From Raphidiopsis brookii D9 (lineage in GTDB: Bacteria; Cyanobacteriota; Cyanobacteriia; Cyanobacteriales; Nostocaceae): a stretch of DNA of 32,000 nt. A program made the translations under genes and the position numbers. Of the stretch, positions 1 to 9,983 are shown piece after piece (position 1 is the first letter of the stretch; the number at the start of each line of letters is the position of its first letter). The stretch is from the NCBI GenBank assembly GCA_000175855.1, contig ACYB01000006.1:52768-84767 (forward strand). The letters run 5' to 3'. Under the pieces are notes generated by a model. It had not been told where the DNA came from. It worked only from the letters and a program-made list of their open reading frames with translations, and ran no database searches.

Positions 1-594
1 GCAGTTCTTCGGTTAATCCATCGCTACATAAAAGCAGGCGATCGCCTGGGTTAAGTTTAAAGGACTGAACTTCTGGATCGCTGAGGTCTGCTCTTCCTAA
101 ACAGCGTGAGAGGACGTGGCGGTAGGGATGAGAGCGGGCTTCTTCGGGACTAATTTCGCCTATTTCCATGGCTTTAGCGATCCAGGTATGATCTTGAGTA
201 ATTTGGCAAAGTTGGGAGTTTGTTAAGAGATACAAGCGAGAATCCCCCAGATGGGCACATATAGGGGGTTCGGGGGAACGGAAAACTACGACCACAACGG
301 TTGTTCCCATGTCGGAACGTTCTGGGTGAGAAAGTTGGTCTTGTAAGATGGAGTTATTGGCTTGGGATATAGCTAACCTTAGTAAAGACTGGGTATTTTC
401 GGGGGAGTCCCATTGGTTTGTTAAATAGGCTTGAATTTGTTGAATCGCGATTCGACTAGCTTCCTCACCTCCAGCATGACCTCCCATACCATCAGCAAGG
501 ATAAAAAACGTCCGTCGGGGTCTATGTAGTAAGCATCTTGATTATGAGAACGAATAAGTCCGGGATCGGTTGCACCGGTAAAGTTAAGTTTCAT
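1..594 (-). CDS. PP2C-type serine/threonine protein phosphatase, N-terminal part (gene runs off the left edge); apparent 1-nt frameshift at 503-508
   Basis: Manual reverse-strand translation: MKLNFTGATDPGLIRSHNQDAYYIDPDGR, then after a 1-nt shift ILADGMGGHAGGEEASRIAIQQI...AHLGDSRLYLLTNSQLCQITQDHTW...GDRLLLCSDGLTEEL. PP2C motifs DGMGGH, GDSR and SDG are present. Not in the ORF track because of the shift and the edge. Confidence 0.88.
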
Positions 595-625
595 AATTTT
601 TTATCAAAATATGTATGTGTAACCA

Positions 626-2419
626 CTAATACTTCTGATCATAACGATCAAGACGGGAGACTAGACGCAAGAAAATAAAAGATATGCCAGCAACTATCAA
701 CCCTGCTATTGTAGCTAACCAGTAAAATCTATTGACTAATAGGATAGTAGCTGAAATAGTAAAAGCACTGATAATCAGGGCGTAACTAATTCCCATTTGA
801 ATATTACTTTGTCGTCTTAATAGACGTTCTGTTTCCAGGGCACGCACTCGCAACCGGATGTCACCTCGTTCCAGCTTCTCCAGGGTATCTTCTAAACGAC
901 GTGGCAAACTTAATGCGCTACTACTAACCTGTACAGCTTGACGACTAAGCTCATTTAAAAAAGTGTTTGCTTGACTAGCACCATTATTGTTATTCATAAG
1001 CTCCATTGCATAAGGCTGGGCAACTGCCATAAAATTAAATTCCGGGTCTAGGCCCTTTCCTACCCCTTCTAAGGTAGAAAAAGCTCGCATGACAAAAGTG
1101 AAAGTGGCTGGGAAGCGAAATGGCTGATTATAAGCAATTTCATACAAGTCCTCACTGATGGTAGCCACGGATTGGTTTTCAAAGGGTTTGTCCATAAAAT
1201 TATCCAACATATACTGGACAGAACGTCGCACAGGACCCATATCCTCCACCGGAGCGATCGCACCCAAATTAATTAGTGATTGTACTACTCGGTCACCATC
1301 TTTTTGAGCGATGCCAAATAAGGTTTCCATCAGTCCTTCCCGAACATTGGACTTAATAATACCCATCATGCCAAAGTCGTAGAAAATTAAGGCTCCATCC
1401 GGACTTACCGCCAAATTACCGGGGTGGGGATCAGCGTGAAAGAAGCCATTATTCAATAACTGGTGTAAATATGCCTGAGCTCCATAACGAGCGATCGCCT
1501 TTCTATCCACACCTGCAGCTTCTAATGCTTCATACTGACTGATTTTAATACCAGGAACATACTCCAAAGTGATAATTTTAGAAGTGGTATACCGCCAATA
1601 TACCCTAGGGACCTTCACCCAGTTATAGGACCGAAAGTTGCGCCTAAAAGTATCCGCATTGCGTCCTTCATTGAGATAATCGATTTCCTCCCAAAGAATG
1701 CGACAGCACTCCTCATAAATGCCCATCCAATCTCTTCCTCTTCCCCACTCAGGATGATTTTGGAAATAGTTGGTGATACCTTTAAGTATTTGTAAATCAA
1801 TTTCAAAGAGTTTTTTCAGTCCTGGTCGTTGCACCTTGACTACTACGGTTTCTCCTGAGTGGAGTTCAGCCTTATGAACCTGTCCTAAACTAGCAGCAGC
1901 AAGAGGTATGGGTTCAAAACTAGCAAAGAGTTCAGCAATTGTTTTACCCAATTCCTGTTCAATAATTTTGGCCACCTGTTCGTAATCAAAAGCTGGCACG
2001 CGGTCTTGTAACTTAGACAGCTCATCCACATACTCGCTAGGGAAGATATCCGCACGGGTGGAAAACAACTGGCCAACCTTAATAAAAGTTGGTCCTAGGT
2101 CTAAAAATGTGTTTCTTACCCAGACCGCCTGGGCGTAGCGTCTAGCTGCTTGTTTAGCCTCCGTTACACCCCCAGGATAACTCCATGCCTTATTATAACG
2201 CCAAAGTTTAAACATGAAGGTCAAAACAAAAGACCAGATATCCACAAAGCGGCGTTTACTGGAGTATTTTTCCCGATTCCAACGGTAAGCCTTACCCGAA
2301 TAACCTTGTTCCATATTTATTTTGTAGTTTGTTTTGTACCGTTGGGCATTAGCCATTTCACACTCCGCTCTCTCAAGAATAGCAGAATTTAATGGTTTGG
2401 TAGGGGGCAAGTTTAACAA
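626..2419 (-). CDS. ABC1/AarF/UbiB family atypical kinase
   Basis: 597-aa ORF with family-typical blocks LGPTFIKVGQLFSTRADIFPSEYVDELSKLQDRVP, ASLGQVHKAEL, VVVKVQRPG, FFHADPHPGNLAV and YDFGMMG. The true start may be the internal Met of MEQGYSGKAYRWNRE. Confidence 0.92.
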   Translation of the reverse strand: MLNLPPTKPLNSAILERAECEMANAQRYKTNYKINMEQGYSGKAYRWNREKYSSKRRFVDIWSFVLTFMFKLWRYNKAWSYPGGVTEAKQAARRYAQAVWVRNTFLDLGPTFIKVGQLFSTRADIFPSEYVDELSKLQDRVPAFDYEQVAKIIEQELGKTIAELFASFEPIPLAAASLGQVHKAELHSGETVVVKVQRPGLKKLFEIDLQILKGITNYFQNHPEWGRGRDWMGIYEECCRILWEEIDYLNEGRNADTFRRNFRSYNWVKVPRVYWRYTTSKIITLEYVPGIKISQYEALEAAGVDRKAIARYGAQAYLHQLLNNGFFHADPHPGNLAVSPDGALIFYDFGMMGIIKSNVREGLMETLFGIAQKDGDRVVQSLINLGAIAPVEDMGPVRRSVQYMLDNFMDKPFENQSVATISEDLYEIAYNQPFRFPATFTFVMRAFSTLEGVGKGLDPEFNFMAVAQPYAMELMNNNNGASQANTFLNELSRQAVQVSSSALSLPRRLEDTLEKLERGDIRLRVRALETERLLRRQSNIQMGISYALIISAFTISATILLVNRFYWLATIAGLIVAGISFIFLRLVSRLDRYDQKY

Positions 2420-2485
2420 TAAACCTCCTATGTTTTGTTAAAACATTACCCACCACTAATATTCTATCAACAAACCGGTCTATAT

Positions 2486-2806
2486 CTATTTTGCCCCACT
2501 GCGATACTTTTGTAACTCAGTCCGCAACAAAGCAATTTCTGCTCGTAAATTATCAATTTGAGCTTGTAAGTCTGTTACACTATTAGCATTGGTACTAGTA
2601 GGGGTAGCACCTGTTTGTGATGCTTCCGCTGCTCGACTAGCACGTACCCTCACTTCTTCCGTAAACTGGTGCAGTTGTTCTTTCATCTCAGCATCAAATT
2701 TACCCAGTTCACTTAAAGCGTCAGTCAGGGTGACCTCTAGACGCTCATTAATTACTTCTGCTACTGCTCTACCCAAAAAGAAGGCTTGCACGAGATTATT
2801 AGACAT
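2486..2806 (-). CDS. small conserved cyanobacterial protein with C-terminal coiled coil
   Basis: 106-aa ORF MSNNLVQAFFLGRAVAEVINERLEVTLTDALSELGKFD...; heptad-like LQAQIDNLRAEIALLRTELQKY at the C-terminus. Family assignment from memory only. Confidence 0.75.
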   Translation of the reverse strand: MSNNLVQAFFLGRAVAEVINERLEVTLTDALSELGKFDAEMKEQLHQFTEEVRVRASRAAEASQTGATPTSTNANSVTDLQAQIDNLRAEIALLRTELQKYRSGAK

Positions 2807-2903
2807 AAATTTTTGTAAAGTTGTTCCGTAAAAAAATTATAACCTCCATTCAGCGGGTGTTGATGAAAAATTCAGCAGTGAAGATTAATTGCACTAATCT
2901 GAT

Positions 2904-5900
2904 TTAATTAAAAGTGTATGGTTCCGAGAAAGACTGCAAAGAGCAGTCTTTAACCGCATTAAGATAGCGGCGCAATAGGAGGATTTGGGGAATATCAAAT
3001 CTATAAGTAAGATTACCCTGCTTTTGAAACAAGGGTGTGGAGGAAATTGCCCGATAATCAGGATTTTCCTGAGAATTTTTGGTCAACCACAGGTAGTTAA
3101 AATTCTCTGTAACTCCATCCTCGGAACGGGGATTTTTCCTAGTGATGGGTACTAACCCACTGGGTAACTGACCTTCCAAAAAGGCTAATAGACGCTGTTG
3201 ACATACGCTGGTATTAATACCACGACCTTCCAGGAGTTGCAGAATCTCACTCAAGGATAGGGAAAGGGTAGCTTCCTTGCTCGGGATATCTGGTATAATG
3301 TTTAGCAGCTCTGAAAACAGAAAATAATCCGTATATTGTTGTCTAGATATTTCCAGAAATTGCGGATACAATAGTGCAGTAGCCAAACCATAAGCCACTC
3401 GACTGCACCTGCTAATGGTTCCACTTCCTCTGGGATGTAAGTCCTGTATAATTTTACCGTTAGGCAGTTTTTGTCCTAGCCAACGCTTAATGGTAGGTAT
3501 GCTACTCACCCCACCAGAAATGACCACTTGAGTTATGGACTCCGCTGGTACGCCTTTAGCTACTAATAGTTTGTTCAGTTCTCGATTCAGACGACGTACG
3601 TAAGGTACAAGTATTTCCCTTTCTAGATCTTGGCGGTACAATTTCCAGCACTGATCTGCTAACTTGAGAGTAAATAATTCTTGGTGCTGTAAAATCAGTT
3701 TTATTGCCATAGCTGCATCTAACATTCCTCGCCCCAACACAGAACTTTCTAGTCTCTGCTGTAGCATAGTTCTAGTTAATGTATCTGTTTGGGCTGACTG
3801 CGGTAATTCCAAACCTGTTAAATTTAAGCTAGACCACTCTACCTGATCTAAACCAGGGGTTGTAGGTTCCCAATGCCATGAATTATTTTCACTTTTCCTA
3901 TTGTCTTGTTTTGTCTCACCATGGGGTTGGTGTGTTTTTGGTGGTAGTAGCAATTGACAAATAATATCCTGTTCCATTGCTTTTCCACCGTATGCAAAAC
4001 TGTGCAAAGTCAGGTTTCTGTGGGTTAATTTACTCAAATCCTTTGGTAGATCAACTAATACCATTTCTGTAGCACTTGCACCAATGTTCAAAGTGAGGGT
4101 AAAACCTTCACTCAAACCAGCAGTGGTCTTGAGTGGGTGTATACCCTCATTATCCCACACCTGAACTGGTTTGGAACTACTGGGATCTAGCTCGGGTAGC
4201 AAGGTGGCTATGGCCTCCTCCACAAAAAATATTTGGTTAGCATGGGAAACCAGCTTACTGGTTAATATGGATTCTCTGACATTAAATCGGTACTGTTCTG
4301 ACCAATTACCTGGACAACTACAAATAACACCTCTTAAGTGATTAATCACTTGCAATAACACTTCTTTATCCATGCCTGTAGCATTAGCAGTTAAGGCTGG
4401 AGTTGTACTAGTGCGATCTGATTTTAGGGTTAACAATAACTTTGACAAGGAGCGCACAACCCAAATTAAAGGACTAGAAGAAAATTCGTTCAGCTGCAAT
4501 ACAGGTTCCCACTTTTGTTGATTGTTTTTATAAGAAACACCAATATGTAGAAATGGTTTTAAGTGAGTAGAATAAAGTTCTGGTTTGGTTTCTACTGATA
4601 TGGAAGAATCCTTGTTTATATCTATTCCCGTATTGGAACTAATATTTTGGTGGGTTTCTAGGTTTTCTGATTCTGGGTGAGGGGTGGATCTAGTTGGTAG
4701 ATATACTTCTGCTGGCAATCGAAAAGACTGGGTAAAAGTTGTTTTACCTGATTTATCTTCTGCGGACCAATAGATGGGGTGGACAATTAATTTAGCATGA
4801 TTTAACAAAGCGGCAGAAATTCCCGTTGTTCCCAAGTCAATACCCAAATACCAAGATGAATTTTCATCATTGGGAGATTCTAAGAGCATCATTCCCTGAT
4901 CCACAATGTCCTCTAATCCATCCTCACTTGGGTTGGTAATAGAAAGGGAGTTTTCTACCTGTGTAATCCTTTCCCATGTTGAATCTAGGTCCCAATCAAA
5001 ACTGGTGATATCACAATTAGCACTTTCTAGCTGTTGTGCATCTGCAAGTTCAGATGTATCTAACATTTCATCATTTGTACTAACCCTATCGCCCAAATCT
5101 AGAGGATTTTCTTCAGGAGAAGTTGCAATATAACCAGCAAATAAGTCTACTGCCAAGTCCTCCTCAATTTTTTCTTCCCGGTCGGAAAAATCCTGATCAA
5201 AATTCTCCCAGATTGATGTGATTTCCTCATCCTTGGAGAATTGATTATTACCATCATCCACCAATAAGTCAGTCAAAACAGCGATAGTATCATTACTATC
5301 TGGTTCAGTTTCCGATGGCATAATTATACTAGCAAATTCTGCTTTTGTCCCCGAATCCTCGGGCAATAAAGATTCCCATAATTTCACTGGTTCATTGCTA
5401 TAATCGGTAAAAAGACTTGCATAAAGTTCATCAACTTCATCCTCTAGATTAGGACTTGCATAATTGATTGGGGGTGAACCTAAATCTGAGATTTCCTCAT
5501 TGGGTTTAGCCTGGAAACTAGCAGGTTGGACGGGGAAAGTTGGTACATTATTTTGCAGATTGTTTTGTAGACTTTTGATAAAGTCTGTCATTAATTGTTC
5601 ACCCTCTATCCCCTGACTGTGCATTCTAGTAAGTGACTGGGATAGGGACTGGTAATAAGAATTTATATTACGTTCTAATGCTTGAAAAATAACGTTAACA
5701 GTTCCATCCAAAGATAACAACCGTTGGTCTAACTCCTTGGTCAAATTAACTAACCTTTCAATCCCGCTAGTTGATCCTAAAACTGCTTCCATAGAAGAGT
5801 TGTTTATTACCGGGTTATTCTCACCAGAGCTTAAACCAATGTCTTTGATGCCAGTTGTTTTTAAGTGGACAATTAGTGCTGGTACAGTTTGACTAATTAT

Positions 5901-6371
5901 TTGTTTTATTTGTTCCTGGTTTGTTAATTGCTGGGATGAGGAAAATTCTCCACGTTTTTGCTCTAATTCTCTAATTTCCTGGCTGAGATTGGCCCTTTGT
6001 TGCAACATAGTAGATAATTCGGTCTGCAGGGATTTGAATAAACCCATCATTTCCCCTTGAAGCTGTTCTGAAACCAAATTAGTATTTTCTTGTTTATTCT
6101 CATGCAAGTCTAGGTGTGACTCTTCTTGTTCTCTATTAACATATCTTGTTAATAAAGAGGATAATGGTGCAGATTGGGGTTGATCAGTAAAAACCTCTTC
6201 TATAGACTCAGTTTCATGCAGATCTACCAAAAAACGGCGTATTTTTTGTAAAATGGTTCTTTCATCCTGTCCTTGACCAGATAGCAATTTGGCTAGAGGG
6301 TTACCACTATTAGAGAGCAAGTTATCAATATCCAGAATTAGTCTTTCAATTTCATCTATGCGGGAGGTCAC
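2904..6371 (-). CDS. large Hsp70/actin-fold ATPase-like protein with N-terminal coiled coil and long acidic linker
   Basis: 1155-aa ORF. The C-terminal half has a phosphate-1-like SSWYLGIDLGTTGISAALLN, a phosphate-2-like LNIGASATEMVLV and an adenosine-motif-like VVISGGVSSIPTIKRWLGQKL. The N-terminus has coiled coil (QQRANLSQEIRELEQKRGE). Confidence 0.8.
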   Translation of the reverse strand: MTSRIDEIERLILDIDNLLSNSGNPLAKLLSGQGQDERTILQKIRRFLVDLHETESIEEVFTDQPQSAPLSSLLTRYVNREQEESHLDLHENKQENTNLVSEQLQGEMMGLFKSLQTELSTMLQQRANLSQEIRELEQKRGEFSSSQQLTNQEQIKQIISQTVPALIVHLKTTGIKDIGLSSGENNPVINNSSMEAVLGSTSGIERLVNLTKELDQRLLSLDGTVNVIFQALERNINSYYQSLSQSLTRMHSQGIEGEQLMTDFIKSLQNNLQNNVPTFPVQPASFQAKPNEEISDLGSPPINYASPNLEDEVDELYASLFTDYSNEPVKLWESLLPEDSGTKAEFASIIMPSETEPDSNDTIAVLTDLLVDDGNNQFSKDEEITSIWENFDQDFSDREEKIEEDLAVDLFAGYIATSPEENPLDLGDRVSTNDEMLDTSELADAQQLESANCDITSFDWDLDSTWERITQVENSLSITNPSEDGLEDIVDQGMMLLESPNDENSSWYLGIDLGTTGISAALLNHAKLIVHPIYWSAEDKSGKTTFTQSFRLPAEVYLPTRSTPHPESENLETHQNISSNTGIDINKDSSISVETKPELYSTHLKPFLHIGVSYKNNQQKWEPVLQLNEFSSSPLIWVVRSLSKLLLTLKSDRTSTTPALTANATGMDKEVLLQVINHLRGVICSCPGNWSEQYRFNVRESILTSKLVSHANQIFFVEEAIATLLPELDPSSSKPVQVWDNEGIHPLKTTAGLSEGFTLTLNIGASATEMVLVDLPKDLSKLTHRNLTLHSFAYGGKAMEQDIICQLLLPPKTHQPHGETKQDNRKSENNSWHWEPTTPGLDQVEWSSLNLTGLELPQSAQTDTLTRTMLQQRLESSVLGRGMLDAAMAIKLILQHQELFTLKLADQCWKLYRQDLEREILVPYVRRLNRELNKLLVAKGVPAESITQVVISGGVSSIPTIKRWLGQKLPNGKIIQDLHPRGSGTISRCSRVAYGLATALLYPQFLEISRQQYTDYFLFSELLNIIPDIPSKEATLSLSLSEILQLLEGRGINTSVCQQRLLAFLEGQLPSGLVPITRKNPRSEDGVTENFNYLWLTKNSQENPDYRAISSTPLFQKQGNLTYRFDIPQILLLRRYLNAVKDCSLQSFSEPYTFN

Positions 6372-6472
6372 TTTAAATTACCTTAAATTAAAATTACGTT
6401 AACTAAATAATATACTTTGGATATTAATTATATAACGACTTGTACACCATTCCCATTCCCATTCCTCATTCT

Positions 6473-7157
6473 ATGAATATTGCTAATTCTCCACTAGATC
6501 AGCCAGATCGAGAATCTAAAATCTCTCAACTTCCAGTTCAGGTTCCCTTGAGGTTAGTGGAAACGGCTATTTTTTGCCAGCACTTCTGCTCTGGTTTGGT
6601 TTATAAACTTTTACTTTCCCTTGGGTCCAGTTTTACGTGTATTGTTCTCAATTCCTATTGCTTTAGTTTATTTACGCTGGGGTAATCGTGCTTCTTGGAT
6701 GGCAGCTATCACCTCTGGATTACTACTTTCAGTTTTGACTGGACCTGTTCGGAGTCTTCTATTTATTATGCCCTTTGCTTTTTTGGGTGTGTTATTGGGA
6801 GCAAGTTGGCATCGTCGCGTCCCTTGGTTTGTTTCCATCACTTTGGGCACTATATTATGTACATTAGGAGTGTTTTTTCGTCTCTGGTTACTTTCTATCT
6901 TATCTGGTGAGGATTTATGGATTTATCTAACTAACCAAGTTACGGAAATTCTCCAGTGGTTATTTCTTAATCTACGTATATTAACTCCTCCCAGTACTTT
7001 GGGGGTTAAACTAGCAGCATTGCTACTAATTGTGATTAATAACTTAATTTATATGTTTATAGTCCACTTAGCAGCATGGTTACTATTAGAGCGTCTGGGA
7101 AATTCCATACCTAATCCACCACATTGGATACAAACATTAATGAATTATGAAGATTAA
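6473..7157 (+). CDS. DUF2232-like multispanning membrane protein, split by an apparent 1-nt insertion in the T6 run at 6570-6575
   Basis: ORF 6440-6685 (MNIANSPLDQPDRESKISQLPVQVPLRLVETAIF) and ORF 6621-7157 join after removing one T, giving ...VETAIFASTSALVWFINFYFPLGPVLRVLFSIPIALVYLRWGNRASW.... Confidence 0.75.
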
Positions 7158-7159
7158 CT

Positions 7160-8281
7160 ATGATTAATACTTATACTCAAGTTAGTCAAGGTGAAAGATG
7201 GATACGAGATTATAAATCGGGTGCACCAGTTTTTGCCTGTGTTTTAGGTTTTACAGAAACCTGTTTGATTCCAGGTATTTCCGCTGCTGGTTTGACCCCA
7301 GAGGATAGAAAATATACTGCTTGTGCAGACGCTGAATTTTTGTACTATGGTGCCAATCATCCATCCCAATATTCCCTACCTCCCTTAATTGCTGGTGCTT
7401 CCCCAGTTTTGATTTCCCGCGCTGTCACAGCAGGGTTACAAATACCAGTTTATTTATTTAATGCAGGTCTACCCCTTATCCCCTCCTCCCCCTGTATTGA
7501 TTTAAGTGGAACCGTAGCTCGGTGTTTAACTACGGCTAGATCAATAGAATATAGTACTGTTCAATACTTGCTAAAACAAGGACTACTCTGGGGTGAAAAA
7601 CTTAGCACTAATATTACATCCGGATATTTAATTTTGAGTGAGTGCGTTGTTGGTGGTACTACTACTGCTCTATCTGTTTTAACTGGTTTGGGAATTGATG
7701 CAGTTGGTAAGGTTAACAGTAGCCACCCCATTTGTAATCATGACCAAAAATGGTCTGTAGTCCAATCTGGTTTAAATAAGATAGGTAGTTTTAGTGATCC
7801 TTTGGAAATTGTAGCCGCAGTAGGAGACCCTATGCAAATAGTAGTAGCTGGAATGGCGATCGCTGCTAGTCGCAAGTGTGGGGTTATACTAGGCGGCGGT
7901 ACTCAGATGTTAGCGGTTTATGCATTGATGCAGGCAATTGGACAAGTTCATTCTTTATCCTGGCAACCGGAAGCAATTGTAGTGGGGACAACGCGCTGGG
8001 TCGTAGAAGATACTAGCGGAGCTACAATTGATTTGGCTTTGAGTTTAAGTAAAAATAGGTTTGCTGAAGGTCAAATTCCTCCCCCTCTTTTAGCTACACA
8101 GTTGAGTTTTGCCAATTCTATTTACCCTCAATTGCAAGCTTATGAGCAAGGATTTGTCAAGGAAGGTGTGGGCGCTGGTGCAGCTTGTATAGCTGCTTCC
8201 ATGAGTTATGGTTGGCGACAGGAGGAAATTTTAATGGCCGTTGAATTGCAGATGAAAAATATATATAAAAATACTTATTGA
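7160..8281 (+). CDS. cobT: CobT-like nicotinate-nucleotide-dimethylbenzimidazole phosphoribosyltransferase family protein
   Basis: 373-aa ORF with GFTETCLIPGISAAGLTPEDRKYTACADAEFL, GGGTQMLAVYAL and a glycine-rich GVGAGAACIAASMSYGW; starts 2 nt after the upstream stop. Confidence 0.75.
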   Translation: MINTYTQVSQGERWIRDYKSGAPVFACVLGFTETCLIPGISAAGLTPEDRKYTACADAEFLYYGANHPSQYSLPPLIAGASPVLISRAVTAGLQIPVYLFNAGLPLIPSSPCIDLSGTVARCLTTARSIEYSTVQYLLKQGLLWGEKLSTNITSGYLILSECVVGGTTTALSVLTGLGIDAVGKVNSSHPICNHDQKWSVVQSGLNKIGSFSDPLEIVAAVGDPMQIVVAGMAIAASRKCGVILGGGTQMLAVYALMQAIGQVHSLSWQPEAIVVGTTRWVVEDTSGATIDLALSLSKNRFAEGQIPPPLLATQLSFANSIYPQLQAYEQGFVKEGVGAGAACIAASMSYGWRQEEILMAVELQMKNIYKNTY

Positions 8282-8284
8282 GTA

Positions 8285-8698
8285 TTAATGAATTCTCATT
8301 CGTAACAACTGTTCTTCCAATGCTGCAATTCGGTTATAAGCTGCCGTTAATTGTGCAGTGAGGCGTTGGATCTGAACTTCTGGTGTGATGGTACTATCTC
8401 CTCCGTGCAGACGGTTATTTTCGGGAAAAATACCATCAGTAATTACATCCTTATGTTCTAAATCCCTAGTTGAACTACTTGGGATTCTAACTGAGAAGTG
8501 TTCATTTTGGTTAGTTTCTGGATGACTATACTCGTTTGGATCTAAATAGCAATTTGCCAACCCTTGGGACAGTTTCCTGTCAAGGCTTTCAATTACTTGG
8601 TATAGAGCATCTACTTTCTGGCTTAAAGTGAGTATTTGCTTTTTTAATGATTCCATTGAATACCTCTGATTCCCAAATATTATTTCCATGTTATTCAA
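8285..8698 (-). CDS. hypothetical cyanobacterial protein with coiled-coil segments
   Basis: 137-aa ORF; heptads at both ends (MESLKKQILTLSQKVDALYQVIESLDRKL; VQIQRLTAQLTAAYNRIAALEEQLLRM). Confidence 0.6.
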   Translation of the reverse strand: MNNMEIIFGNQRYSMESLKKQILTLSQKVDALYQVIESLDRKLSQGLANCYLDPNEYSHPETNQNEHFSVRIPSSSTRDLEHKDVITDGIFPENNRLHGGDSTITPEVQIQRLTAQLTAAYNRIAALEEQLLRMRIH

Positions 8699-8802
8699 CT
8701 TACGGACATTGTTAAAAATACTTAGGATTTATTTAATCTTTCTTCAAAGTTAAGAACGGGACTATGGGGAATATAATTTAGCTTAAAGGATTGCTATATG
8801 GA

Positions 8803-9303
8803 ATGGAGGAAAATATGGCATCGGACTTGCTAATTCGCCAAGGTGAACTGTGGGATTTACAGGTTCTGGTTGAATTTAACCAGGCATTAATATATGAAAC
8901 TGAAAACAAACCACTACCCATTAATGATATTAATGCAGGTGTGGAAACAATATTAAAAAATCCCACTTTAGGATTTTATCTTTTAGCTCAGAAGAATAAT
9001 CAGGTGGTTGGGTCCCTAATGGTGACTACAGAATGGAGTGACTGGCGTAATGGTTTATACTGGTGGATTCAGAGTGTATACGTTGATCCGCATTTTCGTC
9101 GTCAAGGGGTTTTTAAAGCCTTATATCAAGCCGTGAAGCAGCGGGCAAAAACCCAAGCAAGTGGGCTGAAAGTTGCTGGGTTTAGACTTTATGTGGAAAA
9201 AGAGAATGCAATTGCCCAAAGGACTTATCAGTCCCTAGGAATGGAAAAAACCCACTATGAGATTTTTGAAGAATTGTTGGAACCTAAACATTTAAGACGA
9301 TAG
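8803..9303 (+). CDS. GNAT family N-acetyltransferase
   Basis: ORF (track start 8791 is TTG; ATG at 8803) with SVYVDPHFRRQGVFKALYQAVKQRAK and NAIAQRTYQSLGMEKTHYEIF, the acetyl-CoA-binding and C-terminal GNAT signatures. Confidence 0.88.
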   Translation: MEENMASDLLIRQGELWDLQVLVEFNQALIYETENKPLPINDINAGVETILKNPTLGFYLLAQKNNQVVGSLMVTTEWSDWRNGLYWWIQSVYVDPHFRRQGVFKALYQAVKQRAKTQASGLKVAGFRLYVEKENAIAQRTYQSLGMEKTHYEIFEELLEPKHLRR

Positions 9304-9968
9304 CCAACACCATGAATAGTTTCGATCAAATCCTTGGGGGCTCCCACATTAATTAGTTTAGCTCGTAGGTTCCTAATATAGGTTTTAATGGTTTCTTCTT
9401 CTGGTGGACTTTCCGAAGCCCAAATTTGGTCAATTAGACTACTCCGAGTAGAAATACGTCCATTACAACGCAATAGGGCTTCCATAAGAGCAAATTCTTT
9501 AGGTGTCAAATGGATAGGTTTCCTTCCATATAAAACTTCATACTTGCTAAAATCTAGGGACAGGTCACCCCAGGTGAGAGTGTTATTAATTACAGGCTTC
9601 CCTCGGCGTAATAATGCCCGAACTTGGGCCATTAGTTCTTGTAAATTAAAGGGTTTGACCATGTAAGAGTCCGCCCCAGCATCTAAACCCGTAATTTTAT
9701 CGCTAATTGTATCCCGAGCAGTGAGCATGAGAATGGGCAAAGTACAACCATGGTCACGCAGTTTTTGGCATAGTCGAATCCCGTCTAGTTTTGGTAGGGT
9801 AATATCCATAATGATCAGGTCATAATTTACTACTGGTAGGTCTTGTAATCGCCTCCAAGCGGCTTCACCATCCTTGACACATTCTACTTCATACCTTTCC
9901 ATGGTTAGAGCTTCTGTCAGGGATTCTGTTAGGTAATAATCATCCTCTACAACAAGAATCCAGATCAT
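9255..9968 (-). CDS. OmpR-family two-component response regulator
   Basis: 237 aa; receiver domain WILVVEDDYYLTESLTEAL...YDLIIMDITLPKLDGIRLC...MLTARD...KPF, then a winged-helix output domain LTPKEFALMEALL...IKTYIRNLRAKL...ETIHGVGYRL. No adjacent histidine kinase in the window. Confidence 0.93.
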   Translation of the reverse strand: MIWILVVEDDYYLTESLTEALTMERYEVECVKDGEAAWRRLQDLPVVNYDLIIMDITLPKLDGIRLCQKLRDHGCTLPILMLTARDTISDKITGLDAGADSYMVKPFNLQELMAQVRALLRRGKPVINNTLTWGDLSLDFSKYEVLYGRKPIHLTPKEFALMEALLRCNGRISTRSSLIDQIWASESPPEEETIKTYIRNLRAKLINVGAPKDLIETIHGVGYRLKCLGSNNSSKIS

Positions 9969-9983
9969 TGTTTAACTGATGTT

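Noticed and set aside
3664-5133. Small plus-strand ORFs (60 and 75 aa) inside the Hsp70-like gene
   Set aside because: Antisense shadows of a strong 1155-aa coding frame, no ribosome-site or domain evidence.
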